64,000 nt of DNA, from the NCBI GenBank assembly GCA_032116115.1, contig JAUMAX010000020.1:6220-70219 (forward strand), given 5' to 3'. The position numbers and the translations under genes were made by a program. Each line of letters opens with the position of its first letter. Position 1 is the stretch's first letter. Shown here one piece after another: positions 33,649-43,500 of the stretch. The DNA comes from Porphyrobacter sp. Lineage in GTDB: Bacteria; Pseudomonadota; Alphaproteobacteria; Sphingomonadales; Sphingomonadaceae. A model generated the notes under the pieces. It saw only the letters and a list, made by a program, of their open reading frames with translations. It was not told where the DNA came from and searched no databases.

Positions 33649-34839
33649 ATGCTGCCGAGACACATGATCGCGCTGCTGGCGGGCGCTGCTCTGGCACTGC
33701 CGGCAATGGCCGCCGCCGAAACCGGTGCTGCCCAGGGGCAGTCTGACCGGGCCGCCCCGCACCTTGTCCCCGCCACTGCCGCGCCCGAGGTTCGCGCATC
33801 GCCGTTTGACAATCGGCTGGCGATCTTCACGCCCTCCACCGACCCCGTCCGCCACACGATCGATTACGAAATCTGGGATTTCGCGCTCAAGAATATCCTG
33901 ATCTCGATGGGGCCGTCAGACCGGCAGGGCGCCCCTCGGCCTGAAAAACTGACCACCACCCGGATCGCGCACGGGCCGCAATCGCGTTACCGGCTCGAAG
34001 GGTCGATGGTGCTGTTCCGGTTCTTCGACGCCGATGTGATTGCGAGCTTCGCCGAATACCGGCAGGATCTCGAACGCGTTGCCGAAACGCTCGATATTGC
34101 CGCGCTCCCGCGCAACGAACAGCTCGCCTACTGGATCAATCTCCACAACGTGGCGCTGATGGAGCAGATCGCCAAGGAATGGCCCGTGCGCCAGCCGCGC
34201 GATATCGAGCTGGACGGGGTGCCGCTGGACGAGGCGAAGTTCATCACCTTGCGCGGAATGCCTGTGTCGCTGCGCGATATCCGCGAGAATATCGTCTTTC
34301 GTCACTGGAAGGATCCCAAGGTCATTTACGGCTTCTGGCGCGGTGAGATCGGCGGACCGCAGCTGCAAGCCTATGCCTTCACCGGTGCCAATGTCGGATC
34401 ATTGCTGGAAGTGGCGGCGGCGGATTTCGTCAACTCCCTGCGCGGCACGCAGAAGCGGGGCAGCAGGCTGGACGTCTCGCGGCTCTATGCCGAGGTCGCG
34501 CCGTTCTACTTCCGCGATTTCCAGACCGATCTGCGCGCGCATCTGGCGCAATATGCCGACGAGCCCGTGGCCGAGCTGCTGGCCGAAACAAGCGAGGTCC
34601 GCGCTGCGATCAGCGAAGCCGACATCGCCGATCTGCACGGCGGCGCGCGTCCGCCGAGCTACCTTGGGGTCCAGACCCCCGAATGCCCCACTTCGTGGCA
34701 TGACGCGGCTTGCGGACTGATGATTGCGCGCAGGGAGAAGTTCAGGGCCATGGAACGCAACGGCCAGGCGACCGGGCGGGTGTTCTTTTCCAACATCGAT
34801 CTGCCCGATGATCCGCCGAACAAGAACGCGGTGGAATGA
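33649..34839 (+). CDS. Secreted DUF547-like protein, paralog 3
   Basis: Signal peptide; LPRNEQLAYWINLHN, YGFWRGEIGGPQL. Confidence 0.85.
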   Translation: MLPRHMIALLAGAALALPAMAAAETGAAQGQSDRAAPHLVPATAAPEVRASPFDNRLAIFTPSTDPVRHTIDYEIWDFALKNILISMGPSDRQGAPRPEKLTTTRIAHGPQSRYRLEGSMVLFRFFDADVIASFAEYRQDLERVAETLDIAALPRNEQLAYWINLHNVALMEQIAKEWPVRQPRDIELDGVPLDEAKFITLRGMPVSLRDIRENIVFRHWKDPKVIYGFWRGEIGGPQLQAYAFTGANVGSLLEVAAADFVNSLRGTQKRGSRLDVSRLYAEVAPFYFRDFQTDLRAHLAQYADEPVAELLAETSEVRAAISEADIADLHGGARPPSYLGVQTPECPTSWHDAACGLMIARREKFRAMERNGQATGRVFFSNIDLPDDPPNKNAVE

Positions 34840-34854
34840 GATATCTGCATGAAC

Positions 34855-34930
34855 TTGCGTTCATTCTGCGTTTATCTATCTGATATAGATTAATTTTCGG
34901 ACGGGCTCGATTCATCTGGTGGGAGAGATG
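34855..34930 (+). promoter_or_regulatory. Conserved upstream element copy (before paralog 4)
   Basis: TTGCGT-N18-TCTGAT and the same leader as the copy at 33571. Confidence 0.6.
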
Positions 34931-34932
34931 AG

Positions 34933-36150
34933 ATGTTGCCGAAATTCGTGATCGCGCTGTTGGCCGGGTCATTCCTGACTGTGCCTGCCATCGCTGCTGC
35001 CGAAACGCCCGAGGCGCACCAGCAGGCCGAGAAAAAGGATCTTCACTTCATCCCCGGCCTCGCCCCGGCCGATGCCAGACCCTCGTTCTCGGACGAGCGG
35101 CTGGGGATCTTCACTCCGACCACCGATCCCATCCGCCACAAGATCGATTACGAAATCTGGGACTATGCGCTCAAGAACATCGTGATTTCGATGGGTCCGT
35201 CGAACCGCAAGATCGCGCGCCGCCCCGATCCGGCGAGTGGCTCCCGCATCAACTCGCGGCCAAGTTCGCGTTACCGGCTGGAAGGGTCGCTGGCGCTGTT
35301 CCGCTTCTTCGACAAGGAAATCGTCGCCAGCTTTACCGAATACCGGCAGGATCTGGAGCGGGTGGCCGAGACCCTCGACATTGCCGCCCTGCCGCGCAAC
35401 GAACAGCTCGCCTTCTGGCTCAACCTCCACAATGTCGCGATGATGGAGCAGATCGGGAAGGAATGGCCGGTGCGCGAGCCGCGCAAGATCAAGCTGGACG
35501 GGGTGCCGCTGGATGATGCGAAGTTCATCACCTTGCGCGGCATCCCGGTATCCCTGCGCGATATCCGCGAGGGGATCGTGTTCCGCCACTGGAAGAACCC
35601 CAAGGTGATCTACGGCTTCTGGCGCGGCGAGATTGGCGGGCCGGAATTGCAGCGCCACGCGTTCACCGGGGAAAATGTCAGCTCGCTGCTCGATGTCGCA
35701 GCGGCGGACTTCGTCAACTCGCTGCGCGGCACGCAGATGGACGGCGAGCGGCTTGAGGTCGCCACCCTCTATGCCGAGGTGGCCCCGTTCTATTTCCGCG
35801 ATTTCGAGGGCGATCTGCGCCGCCATCTCGCCGCCTTTGCCGAAGAGCCGACCGCTCAGATTCTGGCCAACACCCGGGCGGTGAGCGCAACCATCAGCGA
35901 ACATGGCATCGCCGATCTGCACGGCGGGGCGCGGCCTCCCAACTATCAGTTCGTGGCCTCTGCTCCAGGTGCGATGGACGATCCGCTGATCGGCTGTTCG
36001 GAAGATGTCGGGTTTGCGGCCTGCGACTTGATCCAGGCGCGGGAAATGAAGCTGCGCAACATGGATCGCCGCGGCCAGGCGACTGCCCGCGTGTTCTTCT
36101 CGAACATCGACCTTCCCGGCGATCCGCCAAACAAGAACGCGGTGGAATAA
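34933..36150 (+). CDS. Secreted DUF547-like protein, paralog 4
   Basis: Signal peptide; very similar to paralog 3, including the C-terminal FFSNIDLP.DPPNKNAVE. Confidence 0.85.
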   Translation: MLPKFVIALLAGSFLTVPAIAAAETPEAHQQAEKKDLHFIPGLAPADARPSFSDERLGIFTPTTDPIRHKIDYEIWDYALKNIVISMGPSNRKIARRPDPASGSRINSRPSSRYRLEGSLALFRFFDKEIVASFTEYRQDLERVAETLDIAALPRNEQLAFWLNLHNVAMMEQIGKEWPVREPRKIKLDGVPLDDAKFITLRGIPVSLRDIREGIVFRHWKNPKVIYGFWRGEIGGPELQRHAFTGENVSSLLDVAAADFVNSLRGTQMDGERLEVATLYAEVAPFYFRDFEGDLRRHLAAFAEEPTAQILANTRAVSATISEHGIADLHGGARPPNYQFVASAPGAMDDPLIGCSEDVGFAACDLIQAREMKLRNMDRRGQATARVFFSNIDLPGDPPNKNAVE

Positions 36151-36239
36151 ACAGGGCCGCTGAAGCGCAAGCTTGCTTGCCGTGCGGGCGCGCGTGCTGA
36201 TAGGCCTGTTCCGGCAATGACCGGGGGAGGCTACAGCGC

Positions 36240-37703
36240 ATGACAGCACGCCGGATCGGCCTCATCCTCGGTCCGCTGGCGCTCGTTCTGACCGCTGTGC
36301 TGGAGCCGCCGGGCGGTATGCCATCCGGTGCATGGCTGGTGGCAGGCCTTGTCGGATGGATGGCCGCCTGGTGGATGACCGAGGCGGTGCCGCTCAGCGT
36401 GACGGCGCTGCTGCCCTTTGTTGTCCTGCCGCTTGCAGGCGTCGCGAATGCCGAGAAAGTGGCGGGCACCTATTACTCACCGATCCTGTTTCTGCTGCTG
36501 GGCGGAGCCTTCATCGCCCTCGCCATCGAGCGCACGGGGCTGCACCGCCGCCTGAGCCTCGCGATCCTGCGGGTGGTGGGCGCAGGGGGCGGGCCGGAGC
36601 GGTTGCTGTTCGCGTTCATGATCGCGGCCGCGCTATTGTCGATGTTCATCTCCAACACCTCGACCGCGCTGATCATGATGCCGATGGCGCTGGCGGTGCT
36701 GGAGGGGGGATCTCCCGCTTGCCATGACACTGCGCCCCCCCTGCCCTCAAGTAGCACAGCGGAAGGGCAACAAGGACTTCCCCAAGACGGCATTTTCGGC
36801 GCGCTGCCGATGGGGATAGCTTTTGCCGCGAGCATCGGCGGGCTTGGCACCATCGTCGGCTCACCCACCAACGCCATAGCGGTCGGGCTGCTGGACGAGA
36901 TCGCCGGCGTGCGGATCACCTTTGCCGAATGGGCGCTGTATGGTGTGCCGCTGGTGCTGCTCAGCATCCCGCTGGCCGCATGGATCGTGGGCCGGGTCTT
37001 GCGAGTGGCCGACCACCCCTTCGATCTGGATGCCGCACGCGCCGCGATTGACAGCCACGCCCCTTGGACCACGCCCGAGAAACGGCTGGTGCCGCTGTTT
37101 GCGCTCACCTTCCTCGCCTGGGTCAGCCAGCCGCTGATCGCGCCGCTGCTGCCGCCCGGATCGTGGACCGATGGCACCATCGCGGTGATCGCGGCGCTCG
37201 CACTGTTCCTGCTCCCCGATGGCACGGGCCGGACGCTGCTGGTGTGGAAGGAGGCCGAGCGTGCGCCGTGGAGCGTGATCTTCATGTTCGGCGGCGGGCT
37301 GGCGCTGGCGGGCGGGATGCAGGCTTCGGGCCTTGCCGGCTGGATCGGACAGTCGCTGCTCCCGCTGGCGGACTGGCCGCTGGTGCTGGTCGCGCTGGCG
37401 GTGGTGGCGCTGGTGATCGTGGTGACCGAGTTTGCGAGCAATGTCGCGACCGCCACCGGCATCATCCCGGTGGTTGCCGCGCTGGTGGTGGCCCTGGGCG
37501 CAGACCCGGTGCTGCTCGCCCTGCCCGCCGCGCTGGCGGCCAGCTGGGGCTTCATGCTGCCCGCAGGCACCGGGCCGAACGCGATCGCCTGGGCGACGGG
37601 CCGCATCAGGATCGGGGCGATGGTCAAGGCCGGTGCCCTGCTGGATGTGGCAGGCGTGGTCCTGATCGTGGGCGTGGTATGGGGCATCGCAGGCCTGACC
37701 TGA
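36240..37703 (+). CDS. SLC13/DASS family anion transporter
   Basis: WWMTEAVP, LSMFISNTSTALIMMP, SIGGLGTIVGSPTNA, TEFASNVATA, FMLPAGTGPNAI. Confidence 0.92.
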   Translation: MTARRIGLILGPLALVLTAVLEPPGGMPSGAWLVAGLVGWMAAWWMTEAVPLSVTALLPFVVLPLAGVANAEKVAGTYYSPILFLLLGGAFIALAIERTGLHRRLSLAILRVVGAGGGPERLLFAFMIAAALLSMFISNTSTALIMMPMALAVLEGGSPACHDTAPPLPSSSTAEGQQGLPQDGIFGALPMGIAFAASIGGLGTIVGSPTNAIAVGLLDEIAGVRITFAEWALYGVPLVLLSIPLAAWIVGRVLRVADHPFDLDAARAAIDSHAPWTTPEKRLVPLFALTFLAWVSQPLIAPLLPPGSWTDGTIAVIAALALFLLPDGTGRTLLVWKEAERAPWSVIFMFGGGLALAGGMQASGLAGWIGQSLLPLADWPLVLVALAVVALVIVVTEFASNVATATGIIPVVAALVVALGADPVLLALPAALAASWGFMLPAGTGPNAIAWATGRIRIGAMVKAGALLDVAGVVLIVGVVWGIAGLT

Positions 37704-37713
37704 TGGGAGAGAG

Positions 37714-38571
37714 TTGATGACTGACAGCCGCAAGCCGGTGTTCCTCGTGATCGGGGCGGGTGCCGGTATCGGCGGGAACGCCGCGGCGCGCTTTGCCGCT
37801 GGCGGCTATCACGCGGTGATGGCGCGCCGCAGCGACGCGGATGGCCTTGCCCGTATGGTCAGCCAGATCGAGGCTGCGGGCGGCTCTGCCAGCGGCACCC
37901 TGCTCAACGCCGCAGAGGATGGCGCGATCGAGGAGCTGGTCGAACGCACGGAAGCCGACATCGGCCCGATCCACGCTGCGCTCTACAACCTCGGCGCGCA
38001 GATCGGGAACCGCGCGCTTGACCAGACCCCGCACCGCATCTTCGAGCTGGGCTGGCGGCTCGGCACCTATGGCGTGTTCCGGCTGGCCCATGCGCTGTTC
38101 CCGGCGATGGTGGAGCGCGCCAAGACCGGTGCGCATGGCACCCTGCTGGTCACGTCCGCCACGGCAGCGGTGCGCGGCAATGCCGGGCAGCACAGCCATG
38201 CCGCGGCGATGGGCGGGCGGCGGATGCTGTGCCAGACCCTCAACGCCGAATTCGCGCCCAAGGGCATCCACGTCGCGCACGTCGTGGTCGACGGCGCAGT
38301 GGACGCGCCCGACACGCTCGGCAAGCTGCTGGGCGACCGGTACGAAGCGTTCAAGACCCAGAAGGGCCGCGAAGGCATCATCGACCCGGCCGCGCTGGCC
38401 GAGACCTACTGGCACCTCGCCCACCAGCCGCGCAATTGCTGGACCCACGAAGTCGATGTGCGCCCGTGGACCGATGTGCCGTGGTGGAACGACAACCCCG
38501 ATCCGCAGATCGACTCGAAGGGCAAGGGCTTTGCCGGGCCGCCCGCAGCCGCGCCTGTTGGAGACACATGA
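37714..38571 (+). CDS. Short-chain dehydrogenase/reductase
   Basis: VIGAGAGIG Rossmann motif, YNLGA, GIHVAHVVVDG. Confidence 0.88.
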   Translation: MMTDSRKPVFLVIGAGAGIGGNAAARFAAGGYHAVMARRSDADGLARMVSQIEAAGGSASGTLLNAAEDGAIEELVERTEADIGPIHAALYNLGAQIGNRALDQTPHRIFELGWRLGTYGVFRLAHALFPAMVERAKTGAHGTLLVTSATAAVRGNAGQHSHAAAMGGRRMLCQTLNAEFAPKGIHVAHVVVDGAVDAPDTLGKLLGDRYEAFKTQKGREGIIDPAALAETYWHLAHQPRNCWTHEVDVRPWTDVPWWNDNPDPQIDSKGKGFAGPPAAAPVGDT

Positions 38572-38702
38572 GACACTGCCCAGGAACAGAAAAATCCGCT
38601 CCGTTCAGGCCCGCACAGGTCAGGGATGAAAGGGAAGCGCCGCGAGCCATCCGCGCAAGCTGTCACGCGGGCGGCAAGTAGGAAAGCGGCCTACCCCTCC
38701 CC

Positions 38703-39236
38703 CTACCCCCGCCACTCGCGCCGTTCTTCGGCAGCGCGCAGGACTTCGTAGCTGGTCTGGATCAGCTGGAATTGCTTGGCCGCGTCGGCATCGCCGGGCT
38801 TTACGTCCGGGTGCACTTCCTTGGCGCGGTTGCGATAGGCCTTCTTCACCGCGTTGAAATCGGCGTCGGCTTCCAGCCCCAGCACTTCCAATGCGCGCAT
38901 TTCATCCGCCGAGCGCGATCCGTCACCCGATCCCGCCCAGCCGTAATGCGCGCTTTCGGCATAGCCCGAGGTTTCCTGCCGTTCGGCATTGGCGCGCTCT
39001 TCCTTCTCGGCCTTGTCTAGGCCTTCGAAGTAATCCCACTTGGAATTGTATTCCGCCGCGTGCTTCTGGCAGAAATACCACCGGTCGCGGCTGTTGGGGG
39101 CCTTGGGCGCGGGGCAATTGCCCGGTTCGTCACATCCGTGGCGGTCACAGATGCGCACATTGGTCGCCTCCTGCGAGGAACCATAGGGCCGCCAGCGCGG
39201 GAAGCCCCAATCCATGGAACGCCGCGCGCGGGTCAT
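38703..39236 (-). CDS. J-domain protein (Cys/His-rich N-terminus, C-terminal DnaJ domain)
   Basis: CDRHGC..PGNCPAP...FCQKHA; AKEVHPD HPD motif. Confidence 0.88.
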   Translation of the reverse strand: MTRARRSMDWGFPRWRPYGSSQEATNVRICDRHGCDEPGNCPAPKAPNSRDRWYFCQKHAAEYNSKWDYFEGLDKAEKEERANAERQETSGYAESAHYGWAGSGDGSRSADEMRALEVLGLEADADFNAVKKAYRNRAKEVHPDVKPGDADAAKQFQLIQTSYEVLRAAEERREWRG

Positions 39237-39389
39237 GCGCGAATCCGGCGGGGCCGGAGCAGAATGTCGTTGGTCGATTGTCTCACGCGGTCAATCTAGG
39301 CGCAGTGGCCGGTAATGGGAAGGCGTGAGAATACGGGAACCAGTTGCAATGTGAAATGTTGCATTGCAATAGTACCCCAAGCGGCGGGC

Positions 39390-39566
39390 ATGTCGTCGCA
39401 CCTGAAAGACCGCATGATGAGCCAGCAATTGACCCTTTCCAGCCTGTTCTGCGTGCTTGCGCTGGCGGGGCTGTGCGTGGTCACGTCGGCGCGCGATCTC
39501 AGTGGTATGGACGCGCCTGCATACGAACAGCAGGCCGAACTTGCGCCCGGCCTGCTGCAAGGCTGA
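39390..39566 (+). CDS. Small hypothetical membrane/secreted protein
   Basis: Short ORF with one hydrophobic segment; start uncertain. Confidence 0.45.
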   Translation: MSSHLKDRMMSQQLTLSSLFCVLALAGLCVVTSARDLSGMDAPAYEQQAELAPGLLQG

Positions 39567-39569
39567 TGA

Positions 39570-40091
39570 TCAGTTGATGATGACGGAGGCGGCGCGGCGG
39601 TTCTGAGCCCACGCGCCTTCGTTCGATGCCAGCGCCACCGGACGCTCCTTGCCGAAGCTCACCACCGAAATGCGGTTCGCATCGACGCCAAGGCTGACGA
39701 GATAGGCCTTGGCCGCGTTGGCGCGGCGCTCACCCAGCGCAAGGTTGTATTCGCGCGTGCCGCGTTCGTCGGCATGGCCTTCGATGGTGAAGGTGATCTG
39801 CGGATAGCGCGCGAAATACTGCGCCTGCGCCTGAAGCGCGGCGGCATCCTGCGTGTCGACGTTGTAGCGATCGGTCTCGAAATAGATCGTGGTCGAGGAA
39901 CCGACGGCAGCGGCGAAATGCCCCTGCGTGCCGACAGCGGGGCCGGTGGGCTGCACCTGCGGGGTCGGCTGGGTGTTCGGACGCGGGGTGCTGACCGGCT
40001 CGGGCGGCAGGGTATCGGGCGCCTTCTTGGCGCAGGCGGCAAGGCCGGTGGCCGAAGCCAGCAGCAGGATCGTCGCAAGCTTGGTGTTCAT
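39570..40091 (-). CDS. pal: Peptidoglycan-associated lipoprotein Pal
   Basis: Lipobox LAAC; IEGHADERGTREYNLALGERRANA; QNRRA. Confidence 0.96.
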   Translation of the reverse strand: MNTKLATILLLASATGLAACAKKAPDTLPPEPVSTPRPNTQPTPQVQPTGPAVGTQGHFAAAVGSSTTIYFETDRYNVDTQDAAALQAQAQYFARYPQITFTIEGHADERGTREYNLALGERRANAAKAYLVSLGVDANRISVVSFGKERPVALASNEGAWAQNRRAASVIIN

Positions 40092-40124
40092 CGCTCGTGT
40101 TCCTTTCACTCGTAACGGGGAAAA

Positions 40125-41522
40125 TCAGGGGCGGATCGGCCCCCACGCAGGGTCGGAGGCGTCAACAGGCGTGGGCAGGCGGCGTTCGTTCTGGCCGGTC
40201 AGATCGACCTGCCAGATGCCCGAACGGCCGGTGTCTTTTTCGGTGCGGAAGAACTGGATGATGCGGCCATTGGGCGCCCATGTGGGGGCCTCGTCCTGCC
40301 AGCCGCGGGTCAGCACGCGCATGTTGCCGCCGCCGGTGTTCATCACCGCCACATTGAAATCGCCCGCGATCCGCGTGAAGGCGATCTGGTCGCCGCGCGG
40401 GCTCCATTCCGGCGTGGCGCAGCGTCCGCCGGAAAAGCTGATGCGCTTCTGGTTCTTGCCGTCCGCATCCATGATGTAGCATTGCTGGCTGCCCGAACGG
40501 TCGCTTTCGAACACGATCTTGCTGCCATCGGGCGAGTAGCTGCCGCCCACGTCGATGCCCGGATTGTCGGTCAGCTTGACGCTCGCCCCGCCCGTGGCCG
40601 GCACGCGGTAGATGTCGGTGTTGCCTGCGACCGCCATCGAATAGAGGATCGACTTGCCATCGGGTGACCAGCGCGGGGCAATGGTGGGGTTGCGGTTTTC
40701 GGTCACCAGCGTCTGCTTGCCCGTGCCGATGTCATAGACATAGATGCGCGGGTTGCCGTCGACGTAGCTGAGATACAGGATCTTGGAATAGTCGGGCGAA
40801 TAACGCGGGGTGAGCGCGGTGGCGCTGCCCAAGGTAAGAAAGCGGTGGTTCGCCCCGTCGCTGTCCATCACCGCCAGCCGCTTCACACGGGCGTTCTTGG
40901 GGCCGGTTTCAGCGATATAGGCGATGCGGCTGTCAAAGAACGGGCTTTCGCCGGTGAGGCGGCTGAAGATGAGGTCGCTGCACTTGTGCGCCGCGCGCCG
41001 CCAGTCGCCCGGAGCGACGACCCAGCCTTCACGCACCAGCTGCTGTTGCAGCGCGACATCATAGAGGTAGCACCCGACCACCAGCCGCCCATCGTCGCGG
41101 GCGGTGACATAGCCCTGCACCAGCATCTCGGCGCTGCGCCCGCTCCACGTGCCGTAGGCGGGAGCGCGGACCTGCGCGAAGGCTGGCTGCGGCAGGCTGT
41201 CGGGGCCGACCGGCTTGAACAGCCCGTTGTTGCGCAGGTTGGCGGTAATGACGCGCGCAACCTCGCGGCCCAAGGCGCCGGTGCCGGCCTCGTTTGCTGG
41301 GGTAGCGCGGTCACGGTCGGTGGCGAAGGCGGGGATGGCGATGCCGATGTCGGACCATGCGGCCTCGTCGGTGACGGTGCCGCGCAGCGGGCCATCATCC
41401 TCACCTTCGACTGCCACGGTTTCCACCGGCTGGTCATCGCCAATCGGCGCGCCCAGATCCTGTGCGGCAGCAGGGGCCGCAATCAGTGCGGCGGTAAGGA
41501 GCAAGTTGAACGTCTTGATCAT
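40125..41522 (-). CDS. tolB: TolB (housekeeping)
   Basis: ATG at 41522, signal AAA-Q; WRRAAHKCSD, FDSRIAYIAETGPK, PD40 repeats. Confidence 0.95.
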   Translation of the reverse strand: MIKTFNLLLTAALIAAPAAAQDLGAPIGDDQPVETVAVEGEDDGPLRGTVTDEAAWSDIGIAIPAFATDRDRATPANEAGTGALGREVARVITANLRNNGLFKPVGPDSLPQPAFAQVRAPAYGTWSGRSAEMLVQGYVTARDDGRLVVGCYLYDVALQQQLVREGWVVAPGDWRRAAHKCSDLIFSRLTGESPFFDSRIAYIAETGPKNARVKRLAVMDSDGANHRFLTLGSATALTPRYSPDYSKILYLSYVDGNPRIYVYDIGTGKQTLVTENRNPTIAPRWSPDGKSILYSMAVAGNTDIYRVPATGGASVKLTDNPGIDVGGSYSPDGSKIVFESDRSGSQQCYIMDADGKNQKRISFSGGRCATPEWSPRGDQIAFTRIAGDFNVAVMNTGGGNMRVLTRGWQDEAPTWAPNGRIIQFFRTEKDTGRSGIWQVDLTGQNERRLPTPVDASDPAWGPIRP

Positions 41523-41523
41523 G

Positions 41524-42345
41524 TCAGAGCCTTCGGTCGAATTGCCATTCGAGATCGTCCCAGCGACTATAGAACTGCTCGGGTAGCTTGAAAGGGGTTG
41601 CAAGCTGGACCGCGCGGATGGCGCGTTCGCAGTGCAAGGCCGCCTGCGGGCGGTTGCTTTCGGTGATGCTGCTGGGCGTGGTGCGGCAGGTCGGGCGGCT
41701 CTTGAGCGTCCCGTCGGAATTGAGCTTCCAGCTGACGACCGACACCAGCAATTCGGCATCGACGCCATTGGGGGCAGACCAGTTTTTCTTGATCTGGCGC
41801 GAAATGGCCGAGCGCAGATCGGCAGCCTCGGTTGCCCCGAACTTGGCGGCAGGCGCACGGGTTTCGTTCGTCGTGTTGGACGATCCCGCCCCGTCGCGGA
41901 ACGCATCGTCAAACGCGCTGCCCCCGCCCTTCTTGGCGGCAGTTTTGGCGGGGGTGGCGGCGGCCTGCTTGGGCGCGGTGCGATCGGGGCGCGATCGGTC
42001 GCGGGTGGGCGCGGGCTGCTGGGTCGGGGGTTTGGCGGCAGGCTTGGGCTTTTGCGGGGTCGGCACCGGGCGCGCCGCAGGCTCGGGCTTGGCAGGCTCG
42101 GGCGCAGGCGCAGGCTCGTCCGACAGCGTCGGCGCGGTCGATGCCCGGCTTTCGGACACGAGTTCGGGCGCGGCAGCCTCAAGCCCAACTTCGGTCGCAA
42201 GGCTCACCGTCATCGCCTCCGGGAAGACCGAAACCTCGCTGCGCACCGTTTGCATCAGCAGCACAGCCACCAGCGCGCCGTGCAGCACGACGGCGGCGGC
42301 AAGGCCGACCTTTTCGTCATTCCGGAGCGCCGTCTCACCCATCAC
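41524..42345 (-). CDS. tolA: TolA (housekeeping)
   Basis: TM with His (AVVLH), Pro/Lys/Ala linker, C-terminal domain; lies between tolR and tolB. Confidence 0.85.
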   Translation of the reverse strand: MMGETALRNDEKVGLAAAVVLHGALVAVLLMQTVRSEVSVFPEAMTVSLATEVGLEAAAPELVSESRASTAPTLSDEPAPAPEPAKPEPAARPVPTPQKPKPAAKPPTQQPAPTRDRSRPDRTAPKQAAATPAKTAAKKGGGSAFDDAFRDGAGSSNTTNETRAPAAKFGATEAADLRSAISRQIKKNWSAPNGVDAELLVSVVSWKLNSDGTLKSRPTCRTTPSSITESNRPQAALHCERAIRAVQLATPFKLPEQFYSRWDDLEWQFDRRL

Positions 42346-42355
42346 CGCATCCCGA

Positions 42356-42793
42356 CTATGGGGCCGAAACTGAACCGTCGGTGACCAGCGAGATCGAAGT
42401 GAAGCCTGCCCGGCCCAGCTCGCCCATCACCTGCATCACCCGGCCATAGTCCAGACCGCGGTCGCCGCGCAGCACGATCAGCGGCTGTTCGCCGCCGCGG
42501 TCCAGCGCCTCCAGCGCAGCGGGAAGCCCGCCAGCGGCCACGGGCTCGTCCTCGATATAGATGACGCCCGCCCGGTCGATCGAGACGGTGATCTGGTCAG
42601 GCTTTTCCTCGACCGGCGCGGCGCGGCTTTCCGGCAGTTCCACCGGGACGCCCACGGCAGGCAGCGTCACTGTCACCATGAAGATGATCAGCAGCACCAG
42701 CATCACATCGACCAGCGGCGTGACGTTGATCTCGGCCATCGCCGCGCGGCGCGTGCGCTTGCTGCGGCGGCGGGAGGATACACCCATCCCCAT
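42356..42793 (-). CDS. tolR: TolR
   Basis: AEINVTPLVDVMLVLLIIFMV; LRGDRGLDYGRVMQVM. Confidence 0.93.
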   Translation of the reverse strand: MGMGVSSRRRSKRTRRAAMAEINVTPLVDVMLVLLIIFMVTVTLPAVGVPVELPESRAAPVEEKPDQITVSIDRAGVIYIEDEPVAAGGLPAALEALDRGGEQPLIVLRGDRGLDYGRVMQVMGELGRAGFTSISLVTDGSVSAP

Positions 42794-43500
42794 TACGCGC
42801 GGTCCAACTCGCGGCTGAGGCCGGTGTGGAGCTTGTCGGCGAAGCGCTGGAGTGTCGCCTCGTAACGGTCCACCGCCCCGCCGAAGCGGTTATAGGCGAT
42901 CACCGCCGGGATGGCGGCGAACAGGCCGATGGCGGTGGCAAACAGCGCCTCGGCGATGCCGGGGGCGACCACGGCGAGGCTGGCGCTCTGCTGCGCGCCG
43001 ATCTGGAAGAAGCTGTTCATGATCCCCCACACCGTTCCGAACAGGCCCACAAACGGCGCGACCGATCCGACCGTGGCGAGGAAATTCAGCCGTCCGGCCA
43101 GTTCATCGGCTTCCTCGGCGATCTGGCTGTCCATCGCGGCGGCGATCCGCTGGCGGGTGGCGTCGCGGTCGACCGGCTGCTTGGCGGTGGACTTGCGCCA
43201 TTCATCGAGCCCGGCGGCAGCGACCCGCGCGGCGGGGACTTCCTTCCTCACCTGCTTGGTCAGCAGCGCCTCACGGTCGCGCTGCTCCCAGAATTCCGCC
43301 TCGTATTCGCGCGATTTCTTGCCGAGGCCGCCGATCCGCAGGGAGAAGGAGACGATGATCGTCCACACCCAGATGCTGGCAAGGATCAGGCCGACCATCA
43401 CAGCCTGCACGATGATATCGGCCATCAGGAACAGTTCGACCGGATCGAGCCGGGTCGGGGCGGGAGCGGCAGCGGCGGCGCTGAGCAGGGCGAGCGTCAC
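42793..43500 (-). CDS. tolQ: TolQ
   Basis: GTG start overlapping the ybgC stop; FLATVGSVAPFVGLFGTVWGIMNSF; VAPGIAEALFATAIGL. Confidence 0.94.
   Translation of the reverse strand: MTLALLSAAAAAPAPTRLDPVELFLMADIIVQAVMVGLILASIWVWTIIVSFSLRIGGLGKKSREYEAEFWEQRDREALLTKQVRKEVPAARVAAAGLDEWRKSTAKQPVDRDATRQRIAAAMDSQIAEEADELAGRLNFLATVGSVAPFVGLFGTVWGIMNSFFQIGAQQSASLAVVAPGIAEALFATAIGLFAAIPAVIAYNRFGGAVDRYEATLQRFADKLHTGLSRELDRA

Noticed and set aside
40125-42200. 691-aa ORF suggesting an N-terminally extended TolB or a TolA-TolB fusion
   Set aside because: The extension is an alternative frame over tolA; TolB has its own ATG at 41522 with a signal peptide immediately after the tolA stop.
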